A stretch of DNA of 64,000 nucleotides, taken from the NCBI GenBank assembly GCA_030583745.1, contig CP129473.1:530-64529 (forward strand), read 5' to 3'. The position numbers were made by a program, and so were the translations under genes. Shown here piece after piece: positions 10,192-20,426 of the stretch. Position 1 is the first letter of the stretch; each line of letters starts with the position of its first letter. Source of the stretch: Minisyncoccota bacterium (GTDB taxonomy: Bacteria > Patescibacteriota > Minisyncoccia > Phycocordibacterales > BOKC01). The notes beneath the pieces are model-generated. The model searched no databases. It saw only the letters and a program-made list of their open reading frames with translations, and was not told the DNA's origin.

Positions 10192-10524
10192 ATGAGCAAG
10201 AAAGATTTTCCCCCAAAAAGGTCGTCTTTAAAGGTAATTCCTCTTGGTGACAGAGTTTTAGTAAGACCTCTTTTGGAAGAAGAAACCGGGAAGAAAAATC
10301 AATTCGGGATTATTATTCCAGAGACGATTGATAAGGAAAAACCAGAGCAAGGAGAAGTTCTAGCTGTCGGCGAAGGCAGGTATGAAGATGGTAGGGTGGT
10401 GCCGATGCGATTAAAAGCCGGTGACAAGGTGTTGTTTTCAAAATACGGATATGATGAGGTAAAGGTTGACGACGAAGAACTTTATATTTTGAAAGAAGAA
10501 AGTATATTAGCAATAATAAAATAG
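10192..10524 (+). CDS. groES: Co-chaperonin GroES
   Basis: VIPLGDRVLV...GEVLAVGEG pattern. Lies directly upstream of groEL. Confidence 0.9.
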   Translation: MSKKDFPPKRSSLKVIPLGDRVLVRPLLEEETGKKNQFGIIIPETIDKEKPEQGEVLAVGEGRYEDGRVVPMRLKAGDKVLFSKYGYDEVKVDDEELYILKEESILAIIK

Positions 10525-10603
10525 GCGCTAGGAAATTAGGCACTAGGCGCTAGGGAAATTCCTAAAGCCCAAGACCTAACAACCTAAAACCTATACTCTA
10601 TAA

Positions 10604-12274
<1,671 letters not shown>

Positions 12275-12367
12275 TAGAAAAATAACGAAAAAGCACTCGC
12301 CGATAGGCGAGTGCTTTTGACTATATTTTTCATTATCCCGCTTTTATTTTGCCGGTGTTTTATCTTG

Positions 12368-12575
12368 AAACATGCGGGCGGCGAATAGCCGCATCCCTTG
12401 TCTAGCGAAGCATGTTTCCGCAAATTTTTACGCAAGATTATAATTGTATTCTGTAAGTTCAATATGAAAAAGCAAAATAAAGGCTGGGATAGTATAAACG
12501 CTGATTCAGCGCTGATCAACTCGCTGAAAAACGCTGAAAACCCCGTCCCGGCATTTGCCGGGGCGGGTTTGTTAA
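12368..12575 (+). ncRNA. Candidate small structured RNA or regulatory element between groEL and the next gene
   Basis: Nested hairpin at 12368..12417. There are four GCUGA motifs at about 10-nt spacing (12489..12530). The intrinsic terminator at 12539..12580 is not explained by any credible CDS. Confidence 0.25.
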
Positions 12576-12682
12576 TAACCCTTACTAAATCATGAGATTT
12601 TCCTGCTAAACTAAAAACTAAGAGGACCACAAGAATTGCCAAAAACTACAGACTACTAACTACTTACTACTAACTAATTTTT

Positions 12683-13939
12683 ATGCCTCCCGAAAATCAA
12701 TTTCAGAATCAAAATCAGGAGGTGAATTCTCCGAAGAAAAAAAGCCCTTTAATTTGGGCCGTAGTTTTAATATTAATTTTATTAGTCGCCGGAACGGTTG
12801 CTGGGTACTTTGCTTTGAATAAAACTGATTATAAAAATTACGAAATAAGTATAATTTCACCTGATTCAAATGAGATTTGGGAAATAGGCAAGAAATATAA
12901 AGTTGAATGGTCTATTACCCCGGATCTTTTATCTTCTCAACCGGGTCTTTTTATGCATATTGATTTAAAGAATACAGACACAGGAGATGCGGTCAAAATT
13001 TATAACGGTGCTATACCGGAAACAGAGAACTTAACTTTTCTTTTAGAGAAAGAAATGTCGGAATCGGGCTATGGTGGGGGAATTTTTGTCGGCCCAACAA
13101 AATCTATCGGGATAACCAATGGTACTTACAGAGTCAATTTAGAAATATATAAAAAAGTCTCTTGTAAGAATCATTGCGTAGATGTGGCATTTGATGTAGA
13201 GACTTTAGCAGTAGCTTCGAGCGAAATTTTTCTAATTAAATCTGAAGGATCGGTTTCCGCTTGGGAGAAAATTGTTGCTAAGCTGGACAAGACAGCCCTC
13301 AGATCAGGATGTAGCCCGTTTTATCCAGTAGATTTATATGCTGTCGCCAACGATGGAATAGAAACTTTAATCTATAAAGGTATGAAGGTTTGTAATCCTG
13401 GAGGTATTACAGAGGATGAATTTGGAACGGTTAACAAACTATTTTCCTTCGATCCTTTTATTGTCGATGGGCAAAGATTGGGTGAGGTGGTCCGCATGGG
13501 GAGCGGAGATGCTGGGTCAGGTTGGAGTCGTTCTGTTTATTTCCCTTATTCGAACCCAACACAGTATTTTGAAATAATCACATCATTCTATCAGCAGAAT
13601 TCTAGTTTTACTACAAAGTATTTAGGAAAAGAAAATAAGGTAACAGTCAAACCAGCAGATCTAACGTTAGGTAGTTGTGAAAGTCATGAAATTGCTATAT
13701 ACATGAATGACGTAAAGGTTTGGGAAATAAATGAAAATTATAAAAAATCTATTTGTGAAAATTATTACGTAGAAACGGGAGGTGTTCAAAAGGCCAGAAT
13801 TAATTATAAATATCTATTTTCAAATATTCGACCAACCTCTCAAGATTTTCATGTAATAGAGTTTAGCTGGGGAAGTCTCCATTTTAGATTCAATTTAATT
13901 GACCCAATTAATACATTCGTATTATCAGGAAAAGGATAA
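12683..13939 (+). CDS. Hypothetical secreted or anchored protein
   Basis: N-terminal TM helix. No recognised motifs. Confidence 0.5.
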   Translation: MPPENQFQNQNQEVNSPKKKSPLIWAVVLILILLVAGTVAGYFALNKTDYKNYEISIISPDSNEIWEIGKKYKVEWSITPDLLSSQPGLFMHIDLKNTDTGDAVKIYNGAIPETENLTFLLEKEMSESGYGGGIFVGPTKSIGITNGTYRVNLEIYKKVSCKNHCVDVAFDVETLAVASSEIFLIKSEGSVSAWEKIVAKLDKTALRSGCSPFYPVDLYAVANDGIETLIYKGMKVCNPGGITEDEFGTVNKLFSFDPFIVDGQRLGEVVRMGSGDAGSGWSRSVYFPYSNPTQYFEIITSFYQQNSSFTTKYLGKENKVTVKPADLTLGSCESHEIAIYMNDVKVWEINENYKKSICENYYVETGGVQKARINYKYLFSNIRPTSQDFHVIEFSWGSLHFRFNLIDPINTFVLSGKG

Positions 13940-13985
13940 TTTTATGTTATAATAACTTTCTATAAAATTAATCGTATAAAATAAT

Positions 13986-14558
13986 ATGAACGCATTCACA
14001 TATATTTTTATTGGACTTATTGTCCTCATCGTTCTCTGGGTCATAATGGCCTTTAATCGTTTTGTTCGTTTGATTAATCGAGCCAAGGAAGCTTGGGCTG
14101 ACATTGATGTTCAACTCAAAAGGCGCTATGACCTTATTCCGAATTTGGTCAACACCGTCAAAGGTTATGCTTCGCATGAAAAAGGAGTTTTTGAAGCGGT
14201 CACTGAAGCAAGGACTCGATCAATGAACGCCGAAGTCAAAGGCGATGTAAAAGGAGTAGCTCAAGGTGAAAATATGCTTGCCGGCGCTTTGAAGAATCTT
14301 TTTGCCGTGGCGGAAAATTATCCCGACCTCAAAGCCAATACAAATTTTTTAGAGCTTCAAAGAGAATTGTCTGATACAGAAAATAAAATTCAAGCAGCCC
14401 GAAGGTTTTACAATACCAATGTTAGAGATCTAAATACCGCTGTCGAGTCATTTCCGGCCAACATTATCGCTAAAATGTTTAAATTTTCTCAAAGGGACTT
14501 TTTTGAACTTGGTGAAGGGGAGGTGGCGGCCAAAGAGCCAGTTTCTGTAAATTTTTAA
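13986..14558 (+). CDS. LemA family protein
   Basis: N-terminal TM followed by the conserved LemA core (FNRFVRLINRAKEAWADIDVQLKRRYDLIPNLV). Confidence 0.8.
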   Translation: MNAFTYIFIGLIVLIVLWVIMAFNRFVRLINRAKEAWADIDVQLKRRYDLIPNLVNTVKGYASHEKGVFEAVTEARTRSMNAEVKGDVKGVAQGENMLAGALKNLFAVAENYPDLKANTNFLELQRELSDTENKIQAARRFYNTNVRDLNTAVESFPANIIAKMFKFSQRDFFELGEGEVAAKEPVSVNF

Positions 14559-14626
14559 AAATTTATAGAAAGACCCCGACCCTTACTTCATACTTTATTA
14601 TTTAAATTAAAAAATTTTTTAAATTT

Positions 14627-15079
14627 ATGGAGCAAAACCAATCGTTTGTTGAAGGACAGCCGCAACCGCAGTCTCAAGTCGCGGTTGCGGCTCTGCCGGA
14701 AGTAAAATTTGCCGGCTTCTGGCGTCGTTTTGGAGCCGGAATTATTGATATGGTTATCTTAGCCGTTGCTTCTGGAATCTTGTCTTTTATTTTTGGTGAA
14801 GCAATGCAATTTCTCGGTACCATAGTCGGCTGGCTTTATTTTGCTTTTTTTGAGAGTTCCAACAAACAGGCAACTCTTGGCAAAATGGTTTTGCGTCTTC
14901 AGGTTACCGATATTGAAGGCAAAAAACTTTCTTTTTGGCGAGCGACCGGAAGGCATTTTGCAAAAATTCTTTCCATCCTTATTTTGTTTATCGGATACTT
15001 TATGATTGGCTGGACAAAGAAGAAACAAGGTCTTCACGATATTATTGCTAAAACGCTAGTTATCAGACATCCGTTTTAG
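14627..15079 (+). CDS. RDD family membrane protein
   Basis: GFWRRFGAGIIDMVIL... RDD-like architecture. Confidence 0.65.
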   Translation: MEQNQSFVEGQPQPQSQVAVAALPEVKFAGFWRRFGAGIIDMVILAVASGILSFIFGEAMQFLGTIVGWLYFAFFESSNKQATLGKMVLRLQVTDIEGKKLSFWRATGRHFAKILSILILFIGYFMIGWTKKKQGLHDIIAKTLVIRHPF

Positions 15080-15153
15080 GTGGAATTGGGGAAATGGAAT
15101 TAATTTCTTCCCTAACCCTATACCCTAAACCCTAGTGGCTAGACCCTAATCTT

Positions 15154-16044
15154 ATGAATATATATAAGGAACAAGACAAAAATATCCGAAAGACATGGTT
15201 TTTAATGTTTTTCTTTTTGGTTGTGGTAATTGCCGTCGGCTGGCTGATCTCTTGGTACTTTGATTCACCGGGCATTCTTTATATTGCAGTCATTTTTGCT
15301 ATTCTGATGAATTTTTTCAGTTACTGGTATTCGGACACAATAGTTATCAAACTGACGCGAGCTAAGCCGGTCTCTCGCGAAAGCCACCGCGAGCTTTGGA
15401 ACATTGTTGAAAATCTCTCCATAACTGCCGGACTACCGATGCCGAAACTTTACATTGTAGAGGACTCGGCACCGAACGCTTTTGCCACTGGCCGTAATCC
15501 AAAAAATTCCGCTGTGGCGGTCACTTCCGGCCTGCTTCAAATTTTAGACCGCACGGAACTTGAAGGGGTTATTGCTCACGAGCTTTCTCATATCGGCAAT
15601 CGCGATATGCTGGTTTCTACTATTGCCGTAACTTTGGTCGGATTCATTGCGATTCTAGCCGACATTTCTTGGCGAATGGCTTTTTTCGGCGGCGGTGGAC
15701 GGCGAGATGGCAAAGGCGCCGGCTGGCTTATGATTTTGGCAATTGTGGCCATAATTTTGGCGCCAATTGCCGCGAAAGTTATTCAGTTAGCAGTTTCCCG
15801 AAAGCGAGAATTTTTAGCTGATGCTTCCGGCGCGCTTTTGACTCGCTACCCGGAAGGTTTGGCCTCGGCTCTTCAGAAAATTTCAAATTACAGCCGGCCG
15901 ATGCGACATGCTAGCCACGCTACTTCGCATCTCTTTATTTCCAATCCGTTCGGTTCACAGGGCTTTGTCGGTTTTATGAACAAACTTTTTTCTACTCATC
16001 CGCCAGCGCAAGAAAGAATCAGAGCTTTACGTGGAGAAAAATAA
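15154..16044 (+). CDS. htpX: Zinc metalloprotease HtpX (M48)
   Basis: HELSHIGNRD HExxH motif in a TM context. C-terminal M48 features. Confidence 0.85.
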   Translation: MNIYKEQDKNIRKTWFLMFFFLVVVIAVGWLISWYFDSPGILYIAVIFAILMNFFSYWYSDTIVIKLTRAKPVSRESHRELWNIVENLSITAGLPMPKLYIVEDSAPNAFATGRNPKNSAVAVTSGLLQILDRTELEGVIAHELSHIGNRDMLVSTIAVTLVGFIAILADISWRMAFFGGGGRRDGKGAGWLMILAIVAIILAPIAAKVIQLAVSRKREFLADASGALLTRYPEGLASALQKISNYSRPMRHASHATSHLFISNPFGSQGFVGFMNKLFSTHPPAQERIRALRGEK

Positions 16045-16047
16045 TTT

Positions 16048-16656
16048 TTGGGAATGTTTAAAAATTTAAGAATTCATTCAACTGTTTCTGAAAATCCGAA
16101 CTTCTTTGACAAAATTTTGGATAAAGTTTTTCTGTGGCTGATACCAAAAAATATTGTTCCGAATCACGTTACGACTTTTCGCTATCTTTCTATCCCTGTA
16201 ATTTTGTATCTTTTGCTCTCAGGCTTCCATGGCTGGAGCATAATTCTTTTTTCAATCTCGGCTTTTTCTGACGCGATTGATGGTTCTTTAGCTCGGACTA
16301 GGCGACAGATTACTGATTGGGGCAAACTTCATGACCCTTTGGCTGACAAGCTTTTAATCGGTTCTGTTGGCGCAGTGGCAGTTTCAATTTATTTGAGTTT
16401 TTATTTGATGATGGTTATTGTCATCATAGAGCTCTTCTTGATTTTAAATGCCATTATAAAAATCAGAAGAGGCGACAAAACAATAACAGCTCTCTTGCCG
16501 GGTAAGGTTAAAATGATTTTACAGTCTGTTGGCGTGGGGTTGGTTCTGCTTTTTATTGTTTTTCCTATACCTTGGATTTTGTCTTTAGCCGCCACCCTTC
16601 TCTATCTTTCAATATTTTTTGCACTACTTAGTCTTATCGTTTATAGTTCTATCTAG
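16048..16656 (+). CDS. CDP-alcohol phosphatidyltransferase family protein
   Basis: DAIDGSLAR...DPLADKLL signature motif. Confidence 0.75.
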   Translation: MGMFKNLRIHSTVSENPNFFDKILDKVFLWLIPKNIVPNHVTTFRYLSIPVILYLLLSGFHGWSIILFSISAFSDAIDGSLARTRRQITDWGKLHDPLADKLLIGSVGAVAVSIYLSFYLMMVIVIIELFLILNAIIKIRRGDKTITALLPGKVKMILQSVGVGLVLLFIVFPIPWILSLAATLLYLSIFFALLSLIVYSSI

Positions 16657-16673
16657 AATTTTTGAATATATAA

Positions 16674-16758
16674 GGAGGGTTCGCATAGCGGTCTAGTGCG
16701 CACGCTTGGAAAGCGTGTATGTCGAAAGGCATCAAGGGTTCGAATCCCTTACCCTCCG
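16674..16758 (+). tRNA. tRNA-Ser (anticodon GGA)
   Basis: 7-bp acceptor stem GGAGGGT/ACCCTCC. Anticodon stem cacgc/gcgtg with loop TTGGAAA. The long variable arm, T-arm GGTTCGAATCC and 85-nt length fit tRNA-Ser. Confidence 0.85.
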
Positions 16759-16783
16759 CATCTAACAGCTAGCACGAGGAAAT

Positions 16784-17014
16784 ATGAAATCAAAAATACA
16801 AAAGGGTAAATATAAACATTACAAAGGCAATGAATACGAAGTTCTTGGACTTGCTCATCATGCCGAGACCCTGGAACCATTAGTTGTCTATAGAGCTTTA
16901 TATGATTCAGAAGAATTTGGTCCAAATGCTTTATGGGTGAGACCGTTATCTATGTTTACAGAAGAAGTTAGGGTTGATGGTAAGAAAATCCCCCGATTTG
17001 ATTATGTTGGGTAA
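16784..17014 (+). CDS. DUF1653 family protein
   Basis: YKHYKGNEYEV...ETLEPLVVYRALY, characteristic of DUF1653. Confidence 0.7.
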   Translation: MKSKIQKGKYKHYKGNEYEVLGLAHHAETLEPLVVYRALYDSEEFGPNALWVRPLSMFTEEVRVDGKKIPRFDYVG

Positions 17015-17200
17015 GAAGCTGTTAGAACCTCAAATTGTTATACTGAATAAGCTTAAATATGCTTTGCAGGGCTTGACCGTCCAAGGTTCTCCTTCGGTAA
17101 GCTCAGGATAAATAGCCCGACGAAAAAGCCCCCCACACTAATTTTTTGCAAATTATTGGTGTTGGGGTAAAAATTTTAAGAAAAATGACAGAGTAGGATT

Positions 17201-17842
17201 ATGAAATTACATTTTACATACAACATAGAAAAAGATATAGAGAATTTCATCAATGGAACTCGAGCGGTAAATAGTAAAAAACCGACGAAGTTTCAGATTG
17301 CATTTTCTGAAAAATACGGCGACTATTTTGAAACAGAGAAAGTTAAAGAGTTTATTGAAGAGCAAGACGCGATAACTGGTTTTGACGTAAACAAGGAAAT
17401 TGTCGTCATTGAGAAGCGTTGGAAAATTGCCGAGCAGGTTTTTATTAATCGTGTAGAAAAAATATTTGATATTTCCTACCCTACACCGATTATCACTGTC
17501 TATTTAACCCACAACGAACGTTGTACTTACAATATTGAGCAAAACTACTTTTTCGTTAGAATCGGCTCGGAATTTTCCACCAACACAATAATGCACGAAC
17601 TTTTACATTTTTACACTTGGCACGCTTTCGGAAAAAAGTTGCTGGACGACGGGCTTTCAAAATTGGCATATAATGATATCAAAGAATCTCTCACAGAGAT
17701 TCTTAATCTGGAGTTTTCCGACCTTATGGGCGGAAAACTAGATAGTGGATATCCACAACATCAGGAGATGAGGGAGAAAATTCGTAATTTGTGGCCAGCC
17801 AAGAAAAACATTTTTCTGATGGTTCAGGATTTGATATCATAA
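17201..17842 (+). CDS. Hypothetical protein with an HExxH motif (possible metallopeptidase-like)
   Basis: TIMHELLHFYTWHAF. Confidence 0.45.
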   Translation: MKLHFTYNIEKDIENFINGTRAVNSKKPTKFQIAFSEKYGDYFETEKVKEFIEEQDAITGFDVNKEIVVIEKRWKIAEQVFINRVEKIFDISYPTPIITVYLTHNERCTYNIEQNYFFVRIGSEFSTNTIMHELLHFYTWHAFGKKLLDDGLSKLAYNDIKESLTEILNLEFSDLMGGKLDSGYPQHQEMREKIRNLWPAKKNIFLMVQDLIS

Positions 17843-18045
17843 TAATTGACGCAGAAATTTTTTTGGCGAATCCAGAACCCGCCCGCATTCCTCCCCAGAC
17901 CCCTCCTGCGGGCGGGAAATCAGCCGAGGCAGGGCCCCAGACAAATTGTTTCGCCCTGCCGAGTCCTTTTTAATCATTTGGGTTTTGCTCGAAATAGTTT
18001 CGAACTTTGTCCAACAAACACCGCCAATTTTCACTTTTGCCCGAC

Positions 18046-19278
18046 TCAATTTTCTAACCGATCGAAAGAAAATAAGTCATGATTTTCTACGCCTCTGCCT
18101 AAAATTATGTCTACCAAAATATTCGCAGCAATAACGCCGAAGGTTATTCCATTTCCCCCGAATCCGAGAGTAAAATATATATTTTTATAATCTTTCGGTA
18201 CTCCTACATAGCCGAGTCCGTCTTTAGTCTCGCCGAAAGTGCCAGTCCATGCATAATCGACAGATATAGGAAGGTCTTTAATCAATGATCCATATTTTTC
18301 TGTCAGAGTTTTTGTTTTTTTAGACAAAAGAGCGTCGCGGGCTTTTGGGTCTACAACTTCTTCGTCTTCACCTCCTACGATAATTCTGTTGTCGGGGGTG
18401 GTTCTTACATATAAGTATGGTCGGGATGTTTCCCAAACTAAGTAATCTCGCAGCCAATGAGAGGATAGATCGGGGAGGGGGTTGCTTGCTATTACATAAG
18501 AGCTTTTTAAATCTACTAAATTCTGGCCTAAGTAATTCTGGCTTTCGTAGCCGGTGGCGAAAACTAGGTCGCAAGTTTTAATGATGAATCCACTCGTGGT
18601 GAGTATGCCTTTTTCGCAAGTGTTTCTGTCTCCCACCTCTCTTTCGGCAATATCCGTATGCTCATAAATTTTTACCCCATTCTTTTGAGATTTTTTTATA
18701 AGTTCGTGGGTTAATTTATATGGATCAACCTCCGCTCCTTCGTGGTAGATTATTCCAGCTTCTCTGTCGATGTTATATTTTTCTTTTAATTCTTTGGCCT
18801 CTACGTAATCAACCTTGAAATCATTCTTCTTTAAGGTCTGGTACTCTTTTCTTAGATCCTCCACGTCCTCACCACTTCCCGAGAGGTAAATGGTTTTCTT
18901 TTCTTGGTAGCAACAGTCGACTCCGATTTTTTCGATAATATTTTTTATTTCTTTTACCGAGGAAAGGGATACTTTGTAGGCGCGCACTGCTTTTTCAGCA
19001 CCCACGAGCTCTATGAGTTTATTTAAGCCCACGTCCAGTTCGTAGATGAGGAGCGCAGTGCTTGCGCTGGTGCTACCTTTTGCAATTTCATCTTTCTCCA
19101 CCAGAGCGATTGTCAAACCATTTTCATTGTTCTCTGACAGCTGGTAAGCTAAGAGCGCGCCCATGATTCCGCCTCCAACAATTAATATATCGCAGGTAAT
19201 ATTTTCCTTTAAAGGTTCATAACTATATATTTTGCCATTTTGCGCGGGCCAGAGACTGATTCCTGATCGTAAGTCCAT
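18046..19278 (-). CDS. FAD-dependent oxidoreductase (DadA/glycine oxidase-like)
   Basis: N-terminal Rossmann dinucleotide motif DILIVGGGIMGALLA. Confidence 0.75.
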   Translation of the reverse strand: MDLRSGISLWPAQNGKIYSYEPLKENITCDILIVGGGIMGALLAYQLSENNENGLTIALVEKDEIAKGSTSASTALLIYELDVGLNKLIELVGAEKAVRAYKVSLSSVKEIKNIIEKIGVDCCYQEKKTIYLSGSGEDVEDLRKEYQTLKKNDFKVDYVEAKELKEKYNIDREAGIIYHEGAEVDPYKLTHELIKKSQKNGVKIYEHTDIAEREVGDRNTCEKGILTTSGFIIKTCDLVFATGYESQNYLGQNLVDLKSSYVIASNPLPDLSSHWLRDYLVWETSRPYLYVRTTPDNRIIVGGEDEEVVDPKARDALLSKKTKTLTEKYGSLIKDLPISVDYAWTGTFGETKDGLGYVGVPKDYKNIYFTLGFGGNGITFGVIAANILVDIILGRGVENHDLFSFDRLEN

Positions 19279-19448
19279 TCAAACATTGTAACATTTGGAT
19301 AGGCATCTTAATCTAATTAGTCATCAAAATCCCTATCAGTAATAGAAAAAAATTATATAATAAGATTGTCATATAAATAGAAACTAAAATCATCTAAATT
19401 ATACAGAAACTGTTAATCTCGGTTTTAGCAAAAAAATAATTAATAGAT

Positions 19449-19694
19449 ATGGTGAAGGTGGCCACAGGTGTCGCTCATAAAGTACCGAAAGATCTCAAAG
19501 ATACTTTGAAAAAAAATCCAAAGGTGTTAGAGATTTGGAATCAGCTCACTGCGCTTGCTCGTAACGAGTGGATTTGCTATGTCACTATCGTTAAGAAGCC
19601 GGAAACAAGAGAGAGACACCTCGCGCGTCTCCAAGAAGATTTACAAAAGGGTAAACGACGCCCGTGTTGCTGGCCCGGGTGCTCGCATCGTTAA
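19449..19694 (+). CDS. YdeI/OmpD-associated family protein
   Basis: Resembles the YdeI (DUF1801-like) C-terminal segment. Confidence 0.5.
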   Translation: MVKVATGVAHKVPKDLKDTLKKNPKVLEIWNQLTALARNEWICYVTIVKKPETRERHLARLQEDLQKGKRRPCCWPGCSHR

Positions 19695-19708
19695 ATTATT
19701 AATTTTAA

Positions 19709-20194
19709 ATGAATCTTGCAAACAAAAAATTTATTTTTCTTATCACGCCCGTTATTTTTTTTATCGGCACAATTTTATTTTTTATTTTAATTTTTGAATC
19801 TCCAACTGAAAAACATACGACCCCTGATATATTTTATGAAGAAAACATATTGCTTATCGGCAATTCAACGGTAAGTTTGGAGATAGCAGATACGACAGAA
19901 ACAAGGATTAAGGGTTTGTCAGGTAGAGACGGACTAGATGACAGTCATGGACTTCTTTTTGTCTTTGAAAAACCGGATTTTTACGGCATTTGGATGAAGG
20001 AAATGAAATTTGCTATCGATATTGTGTGGTTAGATGAAAATTTATCAGTCGTTGATTTCAAAAAATCTGTAGCACCGGAAACTTTTCCAGAAGTTTTTTA
20101 TCCAGTAAGCCCAGCGCTTTATGTTTTGGAATTAAATGCCGGATTTCTCGATGAAAATTCAGTCAAAATCGGAGACGTGGCCGAATTGAAATAA
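19709..20194 (+). CDS. DUF192 domain protein
   Basis: Signal/TM segment followed by a DUF192-like core (ETRIKGLSGR...HGLLFVF...IDIVWLDEN). Confidence 0.65.
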   Translation: MNLANKKFIFLITPVIFFIGTILFFILIFESPTEKHTTPDIFYEENILLIGNSTVSLEIADTTETRIKGLSGRDGLDDSHGLLFVFEKPDFYGIWMKEMKFAIDIVWLDENLSVVDFKKSVAPETFPEVFYPVSPALYVLELNAGFLDENSVKIGDVAELK

Positions 20195-20426
20195 AGTTTT
20201 CCCCAACCGTCCGTTTTCTCTCCTCAAAATCATTTCTTGTCGCTAAATTTTTCCAAATTCAGGTCTTATTTTTCAAGGGTTTTTTTGGGAGCACGGATTT
20301 TGTCTTTACAAAGTCTGTGATTTGTTTTCTCCAACGATAAAAACCTGCTTTTTTCTGTTCTGTGGAAAACTTTTTTGGGTTAAAATGTATGGGCAAAATA
20401 ATTTTATTCGCTTAACAAAAAGAGAC

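Noticed and set aside
17850-18045. Mobile element or repeat in the GC-rich gap between convergent genes at 17.8-18.0 kb
   Set aside because: It is best explained as two adjacent GC-rich hairpins (cccgcccgca...tgcgggcggg and ggcagggc...gccctgcc) acting as bidirectional terminators between convergent genes.
20195-20426. Cobalamin riboswitch or NrdR box upstream of the class II RNR
   Set aside because: A ~230-nt leader is present, but I could not see a B12-box or a convincing NrdR palindrome. It is not reported as a feature.
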